DNA from: a virus
Lineage: Duplodnaviria > Caudoviricetes
Length of the DNA stretch: 64,000 nt
IMG/VR virus record: IMGVR_UViG_3300037424_000794
Coordinates: 6,494 to 70,493 of that record
Reading direction: 5' to 3' (one strand)
The notes beneath the pieces were generated by a model, which had not been told where the DNA came from, did not search any database, and saw only the letters and a list, made by a program, of their open reading frames with translations. How positions within the stretch are numbered: the first letter of the stretch is position 1; each line of letters starts with the position of its first letter. The translations under genes and the position numbers were made by a program. Shown piece after piece: positions 19,676 through 29,240 of this stretch.

Positions 19676-20576
19676 TAAGTATCCTTTCTACATCCTCGTA
19701 AAATCTCTCAGGATTCCATTTATCGTAAAACTCCTGTAGTGGTTTTGTTCCTTTGTTTATAATATCCGATAGGGAGTGCTTTTCTGCATCTATCCCTTCC
19801 TTATACACATGCTTAAACATGGTATCATTTGTTATAGCAATTGGTCTCTTTACAGATAGGGCATAATCTATGACACTAGAAAGTCCCTGATTTGCCGCAT
19901 GGTACATAAAAACATTTATATCGTTTCCCGCTAAGAATTCAAGAGTCCTTTCATTGCTTAGGAATTTATGATCTATCTCCAAATTTATTCCGGGCTTTGT
20001 GTTTAGTTCTCTGCATTTGTCTGCTATTTTTCTTGTTTCCTTGCCAAGACGATCACCAAAGAAAGCAAATGGCATTTGTATGTTTATGTTAGCATGGTCA
20101 AATTCGTTATTGACTTTACTAACCAACTCGGTAAACCCTTTTTGCCATCCTCCGAACCCAAAGCTACCTATGGTAGGATATGAATTTATTTTGTATTCCC
20201 CGTTGTATGTAAACAATGGTCTTGAAATGATTACTTTCTTAGCTTCCTCTATGTGTATATCTTTGCCCTCTGAGCCAGAAAATATATACTTGTCAAAATT
20301 CTGCCTCATATTTCCATCATGAAACAGGAAATAATGTTTACAATCTTTCCTATTATTTACATACTCTTCTGATAACCAAGGCATAGTTACCGGATACCAG
20401 TTATAAAGTATTACATCATAATGCTGGTTTGCCCACACATCGAACTCTGACTTGGTTTCCACTTCTATATATGTATATGAAATCCTGTCCGATTTCATAG
20501 CTAAATCGAAGACTCTTTTGCCAAATTGATACACCCCACACTGTTGCTGTTTATGATTTACTAATAGAACATTCAT
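19659..20576 (-). CDS. Putative GT-B glycosyltransferase (GT4-like)
   Basis: CGVYQFG N-terminus; GSFGFG..KGF; [17 protein letters not shown]. Confidence 0.6.
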   Translation of the reverse strand: MNVLLVNHKQQQCGVYQFGKRVFDLAMKSDRISYTYIEVETKSEFDVWANQHYDVILYNWYPVTMPWLSEEYVNNRKDCKHYFLFHDGNMRQNFDKYIFSGSEGKDIHIEEAKKVIISRPLFTYNGEYKINSYPTIGSFGFGGWQKGFTELVSKVNNEFDHANINIQMPFAFFGDRLGKETRKIADKCRELNTKPGINLEIDHKFLSNERTLEFLAGNDINVFMYHAANQGLSSVIDYALSVKRPIAITNDTMFKHVYKEGIDAEKHSLSDIINKGTKPLQEFYDKWNPERFYEDVERILNEDVK

Positions 20577-21528
20577 GTTCAGCAAGCCTCATATCGCTCC
20601 GTACCATATCATCTACTAGAGACTGAAACGAATAAGATGGGTGCCATCCTAGCACCTTATTGGCTTTGTCTGGATTTCCAAGCAAGTTTTCTACTTCTGT
20701 AGGTCTAAAATAGTTACTATCAACCACTACATATTTATTCCAATCAAGCTCTAATTTTCCAAAGGTTAGATCGAGGAAGTCTCTAATGGAGTGGTTTTCT
20801 CCTGTAGCGATCACGTAATCATCTGCTCTATCTTGCTGCATCATCATCCACATGGCCTTAACATAGTCCTTAGCGTGTCCCCAGTCTCTACGAGCATCTA
20901 GATTTCCAAGCCTAAGTTCATTCTGTAGACCATAGTATATTCTAGAAGCTGCTCTGGTAATCTTTCTAGTAACAAATGTCTCGCCTCTGCGTGGACTTTC
21001 GTGATTGAAGAGTATACCATTGCATATGAACATTCCATATCCGTCTCTGTAATTTCTGCCCATGTTGTATGCATATAACTTGGCTGCTGCATACGGACTT
21101 CTTGGATTAAATGGACTTACTTCGCTTTGAGGGGGGAGAGTATTTCCGAACATTTCTGAGCTAGATGCATTATAAATTCTGGCTTTGCTTCCGAGAATCT
21201 TGCATGTCTCGTATATTTCCAAGGCCCCCAGACCAACTACATCTCTGCTATATTTTGGTATGTCGAACGATACCTTTACGTGGCTCATTGCAGCTAGATT
21301 GTATATCTCATCTGGGTCTATATCGTGTACTAATTTCACTATTGAAAGAGAATCTGACAAATCCCCATAATGAAGGTGTAGCTGGTCGAAGATATGATCT
21401 ATTCTTCCTGTGTTAAAGGAGCTTGATCTTCTCATAGCGCCGTGAACTTCATAGCCTTTTTCAAGCAGAAGCTCAGCCAGATAGCTACCGTCTTGCCCAG
21501 TAATGCCAAATATCAGTGCCTTTTTCAT
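20551..21528 (-). CDS. gmd: GDP-mannose 4,6-dehydratase
   Basis: [61 protein letters not shown]. Confidence 0.96.
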   Translation of the reverse strand: MKKALIFGITGQDGSYLAELLLEKGYEVHGAMRRSSSFNTGRIDHIFDQLHLHYGDLSDSLSIVKLVHDIDPDEIYNLAAMSHVKVSFDIPKYSRDVVGLGALEIYETCKILGSKARIYNASSSEMFGNTLPPQSEVSPFNPRSPYAAAKLYAYNMGRNYRDGYGMFICNGILFNHESPRRGETFVTRKITRAASRIYYGLQNELRLGNLDARRDWGHAKDYVKAMWMMMQQDRADDYVIATGENHSIRDFLDLTFGKLELDWNKYVVVDSNYFRPTEVENLLGNPDKANKVLGWHPSYSFQSLVDDMVRSDMRLAEHECSISKS

Positions 21529-21779
21529 TTCTTATTCTTTTCAAAGTATGTATATGTTTTGGTGGCTGTAAATCCCTCATGCCCGACTACTTCATTAATA
21601 GCACCAATCAACTGGCTTCTCTTGGCATTCTGCTCTTGTGCTCTGATAGCGGCTTGTAATCTGTCGTGCTCCGACAGGCTTTCGTCCATTATATCTTCTT
21701 GAGCCATCCAGCACCGTAAGTTTGTAGTGATTAGGGAATCTATTAGTTCTCCCAGAGTCTTCTCTCTTCCGCTAGTCAT
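21525..21779 (-). CDS. Small helical protein, DUF4254-like
   Basis: LGELIDSL...CWMAQED...[12 protein letters not shown] pattern; coupled to gmd. Confidence 0.45.
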   Translation of the reverse strand: MTSGREKTLGELIDSLITTNLRCWMAQEDIMDESLSEHDRLQAAIRAQEQNAKRSQLIGAINEVVGHEGFTATKTYTYFEKNKK

Positions 21780-23013
21780 CCTTTAAATCATCCTTTCCTA
21801 TAATATGGAACGTTGGTAATGGAAATACTAACTTGCCTCCATTTTTTATATACTTCCTAATAGGCTCTTTTGTTAGCAGATTCTTCTCAAAGTGCCACAC
21901 TGGTACTATGAAATAATCTGGTTGTCTTTCTAGTGCCTCATCTTCGGAGATGATTTTTATGTTTGAGCCTACTGTTCTTAAGCCAAATTTATCCTTGTTT
22001 ACTTCGGCTGCATATCTTACTTTTTTATCCGTTACATTACATATCTGTAGTAGGGTGTTTCCTTTTGTACTAGCGCCAAGTAAGTAAACTGTGTGACCTA
22101 ACAGACTAGCGATATTCAGAAAGGAGTCTAAATCACCTTTTGCCTTTTCTATGCTGGAAGAGAACGTGTCCATTATCGATGGCTTTAGATATTCTGCTTC
22201 GTTCTGTAATGCTCTTATTACAGTACCAGTAAGTACGTACCTACTAGAGTGTCCGGCTACTACTCTGAGACTTCCCCCATTAACATCGTTGTAAGATACG
22301 TCTATTGCAGCTAACCCATTTTTTTGCAGTAGGTTTACTACATCAATCAATCTATAGTATTCCAGATGCTCATGACAAACATTATCAAATGCCGTAGCCT
22401 TTATCATGGATGTTAAGTCCGTGAATTGTACTATAAATAAACCATCATCACTAAGTATATCTTTTACGTTCTTCAAAAAGTTCTTAGGGTCAGGAAGATC
22501 GTAAAACATGGCTACCGCTGTTACTACTTTAGCTTTTGTGTGTCCTTTTAAATCCAAGAACCCGTCTGCATTGAAATAATCGTTGTAGAAATAACTACAA
22601 CCCGGACGTTTCAAATTAAGTGCGGGGTCAAATCCCACAGTGATTAGGTTTTTATTACTATATAGACTGAGAAGAGTTCCATCGTTGCATCCTATGTCTA
22701 CCACGGTATCGTAGTCTTTTAGTACTATTCTCGATTCTATATCATTAACTATGTCTTTCAGCGAGGAAATCATGCTCTTGTTCAATGAAGATGAATACCA
22801 ATACTGTCTGTACATTAAATCCAGATTGACTGTGTGCCTTAATTGTATTAGACCACAATTCTTACATTTGCAAAGCTGCAACGGAGCTTTATTCTCTGCA
22901 CATGGTTGTTCCCCATCCTTTACAAAACCAGAGGGAAATATATTCCCCAAATAATAAATATCCGCAAGCTCATTCCCGCAAGCCCTACAATTATTTTCCT
23001 TTACAATATCCAC
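21772..23013 (-). CDS. NDP-hexose C-methyltransferase (Zn-binding N-terminus, SAM domain, C-terminal domain)
   Basis: CRAC...CKNCGLIQL; VDIGCNDGTLL; HEHLEYY; GASTKGNTLL. Confidence 0.9.
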   Translation of the reverse strand: MDIVKENNCRACGNELADIYYLGNIFPSGFVKDGEQPCAENKAPLQLCKCKNCGLIQLRHTVNLDLMYRQYWYSSSLNKSMISSLKDIVNDIESRIVLKDYDTVVDIGCNDGTLLSLYSNKNLITVGFDPALNLKRPGCSYFYNDYFNADGFLDLKGHTKAKVVTAVAMFYDLPDPKNFLKNVKDILSDDGLFIVQFTDLTSMIKATAFDNVCHEHLEYYRLIDVVNLLQKNGLAAIDVSYNDVNGGSLRVVAGHSSRYVLTGTVIRALQNEAEYLKPSIMDTFSSSIEKAKGDLDSFLNIASLLGHTVYLLGASTKGNTLLQICNVTDKKVRYAAEVNKDKFGLRTVGSNIKIISEDEALERQPDYFIVPVWHFEKNLLTKEPIRKYIKNGGKLVFPLPTFHIIGKDDLKDD

Positions 23014-23014
23014 T

Positions 23015-23740
23015 CTACCTCATACTCTCCGGTGTAATTTCTAATTTATTCGTTCCTCTATTTTCCATTAGTGTTTTTGTATCTACTACTGTTTTGTGTC
23101 CACACTCTGTACCGTCAGCAAGTTTTCTATGACATACAAGGGCGATCTTGTTTCTATCCTCTTCTGGATACAGAGTCCACAGAGTACCTAGTAGCATGTT
23201 GCATTTCTCGCAGAATATGTAGCTCATCTTGGATTCGTAGAATCTCTTAGCCTTGTCTTTTAGTCCGTCTATGTAAGCCATAACTGAGACATCTTGATCT
23301 GATTTTCTAACTTTTCTAGTAATCATCAAATCATTCTGTATTTTACTGATATCGCTGGTTAGGCTCTCCATAGCTTTTTGAAATTTCTCTATAGTCCCAA
23401 GCTGTGCTTCTTCAATTCCCTCAGAGCGTAGAGAATACATGTATTGCTCATAATCTTCTAGTGTTAGTTGCTTCTGGATAAGTGCTCTAAGGGAGTCTCT
23501 GTCATTTATTTTCAGATCGGATAGATCATAATCCTTATCGAATTCGTCCAGCTTCCTATTAATTCTGTCCTCAAAATCAGGAGAAGTCTGTGCTCCTAGT
23601 TTCTTCTTCTCCATTGCCTTCTCAAATTCTTCATCTGACAAGTCTCTGTACTGCACTAGATTTCTGGAGCGCTTTTTCTTCCCCAAAGCCGGGCTCTTTA
23701 CTTCTCCTTCTGGCATTATTTCGTAGTTTTTATCCTCCAT
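23015..23740 (-). CDS. Hypothetical protein, candidate terminase small subunit
   Basis: First gene of the late operon; basic N-terminus, coiled coil, C-terminal CEKC...CGH. Assigned by position only. Confidence 0.4.
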   Translation of the reverse strand: MEDKNYEIMPEGEVKSPALGKKKRSRNLVQYRDLSDEEFEKAMEKKKLGAQTSPDFEDRINRKLDEFDKDYDLSDLKINDRDSLRALIQKQLTLEDYEQYMYSLRSEGIEEAQLGTIEKFQKAMESLTSDISKIQNDLMITRKVRKSDQDVSVMAYIDGLKDKAKRFYESKMSYIFCEKCNMLLGTLWTLYPEEDRNKIALVCHRKLADGTECGHKTVVDTKTLMENRGTNKLEITPESMR

Positions 23741-23772
23741 AGTTCCTCTCTTTTAGGGATTTTACTATAATA

Positions 23773-23778
23773 ATTATA
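23773..23778 (-). promoter_or_regulatory. -10 element (TATAAT) with no recognisable -35; candidate late promoter
   Basis: TGTTGTATAAT just upstream of the morphogenesis operon. Confidence 0.35.
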
Positions 23779-23828
23779 CAACATTTGAGTGTTTTTGGGC
23801 GTTTTTACCAATTATTTTAAATAAATAG

Positions 23829-23862
23829 AGGCAGGAGGCGTATTTCTACGTTGCTCCTGCCT
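23829..23862 (-). terminator. Rho-independent terminator
   Basis: AGGCAGGAG...CTCCTGCCT stem followed by CTATTTATTT. Confidence 0.7.
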
Positions 23863-23884
23863 ATTAGTCCGCTAAACTATGGAA

Positions 23885-24133
23885 CTATTTATACTTCTTT
23901 GCTTTCTTCTGTGCTTTCTCTGCCAAGAGTCTAGCCTCTGCTCTGGCTCTAAGCTGTGGTTCTATCTTGAATACCTTTAGAATACCCAGTATCCACGCTA
24001 GGATCGCTGCATATCCGAATGCCCAAGCAGGATCAAGTACCTTGAACATTACAAGCAGAGCCAAAACTCCTGCTACAATGGCTGAGAATGCTTCCCAGAA
24101 GGCTCTTACATAAACAAAATCAGGTAACTTCAT
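23885..24133 (-). CDS. Small membrane protein (holin-like)
   Basis: Two hydrophobic helices and a basic C-terminal tail. Confidence 0.5.
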   Translation of the reverse strand: MKLPDFVYVRAFWEAFSAIVAGVLALLVMFKVLDPAWAFGYAAILAWILGILKVFKIEPQLRARAEARLLAEKAQKKAKKYK

Positions 24134-24142
24134 ATCTTCTCC

Positions 24143-24742
24143 TTATTCAACAATATATTGTTTTTCAAGGGCAGATAGAATAATATCTGCCTTGGTATTT
24201 AGCTCATCAATACTTCCGGAGTTATCTATGCTAAAATTATAAAATCCATCCCATTGTGGCCATAACCACTCAAATGAAAACTCCGTTAAACTAGTTTCTG
24301 ATACATCAGCCCAGTTAGAGTCTGGCATTTCTGCGTGTCTACCGAACACCCGTATAGTAACAATATCCAGCATAGGATTTTTCTTTAGGTAGTCTACCTC
24401 ATTAGGAAATCTCCAATCATCAATTACTGCGAAGTTCTTGGGGAACATTCCTGCTCTATTATCTAACTGGCGTAGGAAATGCTTCACCCAAATATCTTGA
24501 TCGTAATCTCTCCATACTCTCCCTATGTTCTGTAAGAACGATCTTCCCCTTTCATCCTTCTCCTTATTCCATCCTCCGTAAGCCTCGGCTATGTACTTAA
24601 TGGGGTCTGCAAATCCATACTCCATAACGTCCATAGAGAATGTGTCTTTTAGCTTCTTAATCATTAGTTCGCCTATGGTGGTCTTTCCTGCTCCGGCTTT
24701 TCCCGAAATAAGTATTACGACGGTTTTCCTAGTTCTAGCCAT
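24143..24742 (-). CDS. Deoxynucleoside monophosphate kinase-like P-loop kinase
   Basis: ISGKAGAGKTT, FADPIK, IDDWRFPNE, SET. Confidence 0.8.
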   Translation of the reverse strand: MARTRKTVVILISGKAGAGKTTIGELMIKKLKDTFSMDVMEYGFADPIKYIAEAYGGWNKEKDERGRSFLQNIGRVWRDYDQDIWVKHFLRQLDNRAGMFPKNFAVIDDWRFPNEVDYLKKNPMLDIVTIRVFGRHAEMPDSNWADVSETSLTEFSFEWLWPQWDGFYNFSIDNSGSIDELNTKADIILSALEKQYIVE

Positions 24743-24950
24743 TTTTTTCTAGTCCTTTCCTGACCAGTATGGAGGTCAAGTCAATTTCCTCTATAAATCC
24801 TATATCCACTAGAGCTTTTATTAATTGTAGAAATCCTTCTCTATCGATAATGATAGAATTGGGGGCGGATATAAAGAAATGACCGCCCTCCTGCTTTATC
24901 ACTATGCTATTGAGTTGGGGTATCTTCGTCAGCTTTACTGTTAGAGCCAT
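24735..24950 (-). CDS. Hypothetical protein
   Basis: Coupled ORF. Confidence 0.5.
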   Translation of the reverse strand: MALTVKLTKIPQLNSIVIKQEGGHFFISAPNSIIIDREGFLQLIKALVDIGFIEEIDLTSILVRKGLEKNG

Positions 24951-25239
24951 TCTCTGCCTCTAGCTTTCTTTCGTATTCCATGCCGTCAATCAGACTATCG
25001 AATCCTCTAAGAGAAGTTAATGCTCTTAGCTCTAACAGCACGGACTCCAGAGCTACCTGATAAGCTACATAGAAGTCTTTATCCATTGCTTCTGATTCTA
25101 TGAATTCTTCTTTTTCTGTACCATCAGAGAATGTTGCTGTCTCTACGAAAGAGCACTTCATATGCCAGTATCCGTCCGCATCTTTGGTAGCAAAGTTGCT
25201 CTGATTTAGTACTCTACCTACTACATTATTCATATCCAT
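24907..25239 (-). CDS. Hypothetical protein
   Basis: ORF with RBS GGAGG. Confidence 0.5.
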   Translation of the reverse strand: MDMNNVVGRVLNQSNFATKDADGYWHMKCSFVETATFSDGTEKEEFIESEAMDKDFYVAYQVALESVLLELRALTSLRGFDSLIDGMEYERKLEAENGSNSKADEDTPTQ

Positions 25240-25248
25240 ACTGCCTCC

Positions 25249-26142
25249 TTATCTAGCCAATCCTACCACTAAAGACTTCCTCTGTTCCTTATTCATAGAA
25301 GAAAATCTCGATCTTCCCCAAGCACCACAACTACATTTGAATACTGGATACTTGTTAGTTTGTGCATAGTAATACTTATCCTTAACCCAGGTAATGTCTT
25401 TACTTCCGCAGTTAGGGCAGGACTCGCTGCCTTCTTCCAAATACAAACCAACGTTGGGGTGTGATCTAATCCAGGGGCGTAGTCTTATATACACATCTTC
25501 CAATAATTCTACATCTCCTATGTTGTACTCTTCCATGTATGCAAGAGCCTCATCTTCACCAGCTACACAACGTCTCCATAACTCAAAATCCGTATCCATC
25601 TTTTCATCTAGGCCAAAAATCTTAGCAAGTGCATTCAAACTGTTGTGTGTAAATCCAAACTGCTTTCTGGCTACTAACATGGTATCTATAGTTTGATATG
25701 GACTTGTAGGAGATAGCCCGTGAATGATAAATCTTGTGTTCATATTTGGAACATCGAAGCTGTCGCCGTTATGAGCTATCACTATATCTGCTTCGTCCAA
25801 AAGTTTCCACAAACTCTTTACTATACGTTTATCATCTTCATGCTTGGCTTCTTTTCCTGTTAGTCTGTCAGACATAACCTCGCCCTCTAGAAGCCATTTT
25901 GCACTCCAGCACAGCATATACCACTCAGAAATTACACGATCTGCTGAGATATTAGCCTTCCATACCTGCTTTTGAAATACGAAAGCCTGTAACGGTGCCG
26001 TCTCTATATCGAATACAAGAACCTTTGGCATTGTTCTTATCTGACTTTTGTCTCCATTCAAGTACTTCAGATAGCACCCTGGGTGCGAAAACGCATTGTG
26101 TCTGTGCTTACATCTGAAAGTCGTAATGTTTTTTTCAGTCAT
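25249..26142 (-). CDS. DnaQ/RNase H-like 3'-5' exonuclease with C-terminal Zn ribbon
   Basis: VFDIET, AHNGDSFD, YNIGDV; CPNCGS...CSCG. Confidence 0.85.
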   Translation of the reverse strand: MTEKNITTFRCKHRHNAFSHPGCYLKYLNGDKSQIRTMPKVLVFDIETAPLQAFVFQKQVWKANISADRVISEWYMLCWSAKWLLEGEVMSDRLTGKEAKHEDDKRIVKSLWKLLDEADIVIAHNGDSFDVPNMNTRFIIHGLSPTSPYQTIDTMLVARKQFGFTHNSLNALAKIFGLDEKMDTDFELWRRCVAGEDEALAYMEEYNIGDVELLEDVYIRLRPWIRSHPNVGLYLEEGSESCPNCGSKDITWVKDKYYYAQTNKYPVFKCSCGAWGRSRFSSMNKEQRKSLVVGLAR

Positions 26143-26623
26143 TTATTGGTTTCCTTATAATTTTATGCTTATGAATACCACTTATATATTTGGTCAAAGC
26201 CTCTATCTGTTTTTGATCTAACCCATATTTGTTTACCATATATTCTATGTATCCATCATCTGTGAAATAACCTCCAAGAAAATAAGCTATTCTATCGCAT
26301 ATTTGTTTCTTCTTTGTAGACAGTGTATGCCTATCGTATAAATCCGTTTTACTTCCAACAGGAAGGTATAAAATGATAAGCTCTTCTTCGCTTATTTTCC
26401 CCATTTTTTTCAAGGTATCTACCGCAGTTTCCACTGCTAGAAGATCGTTGAATTCTTCAGAAGTAATAGACGGGTCTTCGTATCCTGGCTCTCGTCCGCT
26501 ATCTGAATTTTCTTCTATAGACTCTAAATATCCCACTGCCATATAGTCAAATTCAGTTGGTATATATGCTTTGCTTCTTATTCTCTCTCTATCATTCAGG
26601 AGAGACTCTATTATCCACGACAT
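26135..26623 (-). CDS. Hypothetical protein
   Basis: Coupled ORF. Confidence 0.5.
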   Translation of the reverse strand: MSWIIESLLNDRERIRSKAYIPTEFDYMAVGYLESIEENSDSGREPGYEDPSITSEEFNDLLAVETAVDTLKKMGKISEEELIILYLPVGSKTDLYDRHTLSTKKKQICDRIAYFLGGYFTDDGYIEYMVNKYGLDQKQIEALTKYISGIHKHKIIRKPIND

Positions 26624-27308
26624 ACTCTTCCTCTCCTCTTGTTCCTATTAGGCATCCAGTCTTATAGGGACACCTAAAGCATGAGTGATTAAACATACCC
26701 AGTCGCTCATACGATTCGTTCTTTATAGTCTTTATCATTCTAGGTATTATGTTATCAAATAACTCATCTATGTAGAATTGATTTTTAATATAGGGAACCA
26801 GGTCTCCAGTAGATAAGGAAGCTAGACAAATACTTTTAGTATCTTTGCCAAATATCTTTTGATATGCATAATCATATATTATACATTGCACATCATTATG
26901 TAGTCTATTAGGAACCTTTCCTGTCTTCCAGTCTATGATATTTCCATTAGAAATTCTGTCCATCTTGCCGACCAAATAGATGTCTTCGTGTAATGAAAGT
27001 TTGAAATTGTACTCTATTTGGTCATCTTCTGATACTAACCTGCGGAAATTTAGAAAATACATATCTATGCAGAACTGTAAGTCCGTTCTATCTTTATTGG
27101 ATAGTCCCTCTGATCTTATCCAGTGATCTATTACTTGGTATGCTCTGTTTTTATCGCTCCACCCTTTTTCTAGTGCTGCATGAGCAACCTTCCCCATAAC
27201 CATGTCTTTATTAGGAATCTCTGGAAAGGGCTTCGTTCTTCTATAGAGAACTTTCTGTGGACATCGGATAAAGTCTGATATAGAACTTGCAGATAAGAAT
27301 ATACTCAC
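26592..27308 (-). CDS. PD-(D/E)XK exonuclease (RecB/Cas4-like)
   Basis: SASSISDFIRCP, GKMDRI, IIDWKTG, Q-x3-Y, CFRCPY. Confidence 0.85.
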   Translation of the reverse strand: MSIFLSASSISDFIRCPQKVLYRRTKPFPEIPNKDMVMGKVAHAALEKGWSDKNRAYQVIDHWIRSEGLSNKDRTDLQFCIDMYFLNFRRLVSEDDQIEYNFKLSLHEDIYLVGKMDRISNGNIIDWKTGKVPNRLHNDVQCIIYDYAYQKIFGKDTKSICLASLSTGDLVPYIKNQFYIDELFDNIIPRMIKTIKNESYERLGMFNHSCFRCPYKTGCLIGTRGEEEYVVDNRVSPE

Positions 27309-27676
27309 GATAGTACCTTTTCTTGGTACACCAAGATTTTGAAAAGCTCATGCATTCTATTGTAGACTTCAAACTGGCTTCTCTTTAGCTCAAGTTCAGA
27401 AACCAAATCTGCTAGTTGGTTTCTCATCTCTATAAGTTCCCCATCAATTCCACAGAATTTGAAGGCGTTGTCATAATAAGAAACCGGAACTGCCTTTCCG
27501 TTTATAAAATACTTATGGTCTGTCATTACGGTTTTGAATGTATCAGACTCTCTATTCTTTATCTTGTTTTCCAACAGCATACGATCAAAAGAAATCTTCT
27601 TTATCTCTCTTGCCAAATCCATGAATTTCTCGAAATCCGGAAGTGCTTCCAGGACTTTCTTGGAATTAGTTTCCAT
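27305..27676 (-). CDS. Hypothetical coiled-coil protein
   Basis: Coupled ORF. Confidence 0.5.
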   Translation of the reverse strand: METNSKKVLEALPDFEKFMDLAREIKKISFDRMLLENKIKNRESDTFKTVMTDHKYFINGKAVPVSYYDNAFKFCGIDGELIEMRNQLADLVSELELKRSQFEVYNRMHELFKILVYQEKVLS

Positions 27677-28049
27677 AATCTACTCCTTTATGAATTAACA
27701 AATATTTACTATTTCCATAATTTAATGGTGTCGCAGTAAAATCTCCAAACTCGCTTCTAAGCTCTTTAACTGTTCCCCAATCAGATATATTTAATATGAT
27801 TATCCCTAATCTGGATAACAAGGAGAATGATTTAAGTATGTTATACTTTGTTACAAAAGGCTCGTCAAGAACAACATAATCGAATATAGCTGCACCTTCT
27901 GGGTCTATCTCTGATACAAATATCATCTTCTTTTCTAGCAGCCTATCCTTCAAATCTACATTTGTACTTAGAATCCATCCTATACTTTCTCTATGTAGCA
28001 TCGTGTTGTCTCTAAGCATTCCCAAAACATGCTCACTAAATCCACTCAT
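27666..28049 (-). CDS. Hypothetical protein
   Basis: Coupled ORF. Confidence 0.45.
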   Translation of the reverse strand: MSGFSEHVLGMLRDNTMLHRESIGWILSTNVDLKDRLLEKKMIFVSEIDPEGAAIFDYVVLDEPFVTKYNILKSFSLLSRLGIIILNISDWGTVKELRSEFGDFTATPLNYGNSKYLLIHKGVDYGN

Positions 28050-28452
28050 CCTGTATTTTCCTTTCTATATCATACATGGTTTCACATATATAGAATAACT
28101 TGTCTGCTTTTATATCTCTACATTCTACATATGACTGTAATTCAGTGGATATCGCTTTAGTAAAATCAAGGAAGTGATACAAAGAAGTTATTTCTCCTTC
28201 GTAAGAATAGAAAATTCTGTATGGATTTATGGGCAGAGAGTTTTCCCACCCATCGAAGTCAAACGCATCTCTTATGACCTTTACTATTTCCTTTTGAGGG
28301 ATTTCAAGAAACTCTTCTATATCTCTATTAGAGGCACCGGATGCACACAGGCATAGTATATCGAGATTGGCGTACAGCTCCACTACCCAGCCGTCGATAC
28401 CGAATTCTCTCTGATAGAAATCTTTTATGGCTTCCCAACTTAGTTCGTTCAT
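28036..28452 (-). CDS. Hypothetical protein
   Basis: Coupled ORF. Confidence 0.5.
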   Translation of the reverse strand: MNELSWEAIKDFYQREFGIDGWVVELYANLDILCLCASGASNRDIEEFLEIPQKEIVKVIRDAFDFDGWENSLPINPYRIFYSYEGEITSLYHFLDFTKAISTELQSYVECRDIKADKLFYICETMYDIERKIQDEWI

Positions 28453-28895
28453 TTTATAGGACTTCCTATTCTATCTAGTTCTTCCTGTAGTTTAGTTATT
28501 TGATTTATGATCTGTGCAAATACTTCTACATCCATTGTCACGAATACCTTTACGCCGTCTCTTACTCCTGAGAACTTACCCATCAAAAGAGGTATTGAAT
28601 GTGTTGCATCTGCTTCCATTCTAACCTTGTCTAGCCATAGTTTTTCTAATCTGAAAGCCTTTGCCTCTCTATCTTTAGATGGATTATATCCCACTTTACA
28701 TTCTATCTTAAACGGTCTGGGAATAGATTTTACTTTGCCTATCACGTCGGATGTAAGTATTGGCTCTCCCAGGCTGGTACCTATTGCACCACTTCCTGGT
28801 ATTCTCTTGAACTCTCCATCTTTTATAATTGTATTTAACAGGTCTACGGTTAGACGTTCAAAGTCTGAGCCTTTACGCTTCTGGGGATTCGGCAT
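28449..28895 (-). CDS. Holliday junction resolvase (Hjc-like PD-(D/E)XK)
   Basis: KRKGSDFER, GSGA, SDV, IECK. Confidence 0.85.
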   Translation of the reverse strand: MPNPQKRKGSDFERLTVDLLNTIIKDGEFKRIPGSGAIGTSLGEPILTSDVIGKVKSIPRPFKIECKVGYNPSKDREAKAFRLEKLWLDKVRMEADATHSIPLLMGKFSGVRDGVKVFVTMDVEVFAQIINQITKLQEELDRIGSPIK

Positions 28896-29124
28896 TTTCT
28901 GGATACATCCCTTCGTATGCTTTTCTCATATCAATCGAGTAATGCTGTCTGGTTATTTGGTATAATGCTAAAGCAGACGTTACCCCAATCCCCCTCCAGA
29001 AATCTTCCAAAAACAGCACCGCTGCCGCAGAGAAAGACAGCCACAGAACGACGCTGTACAGCACTGGCATGATAGTAAAGTTGTAAAGACCACTCCAATT
29101 TATTTTAATCGATAATTTCTTCAT
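28873..29124 (-). CDS. Small membrane protein
   Basis: Two hydrophobic segments. Confidence 0.5.
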   Translation of the reverse strand: MKKLSIKINWSGLYNFTIMPVLYSVVLWLSFSAAAVLFLEDFWRGIGVTSALALYQITRQHYSIDMRKAYEGMYPENAESPEA

Positions 29125-29240
29125 CGTTTTCCTTTCCTAGGCTAGGTGCATTTGTGGTTGAACCTCCGGACAGCATCTTGTTTGTCTCAGGAGAGACCAT
29201 CAATAGTAATATGATAATAACCAACAAGACGTACTCCATG

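Noticed and set aside
157-23132. Plus-strand ORFs in the track across the minus-strand operons
   Set aside because: Antisense shadows of real genes, with no RBS or motifs.
26592-27308. CRISPR-associated Cas4
   Set aside because: No repeat-spacer array or other cas gene in the window; context is phage recombination.
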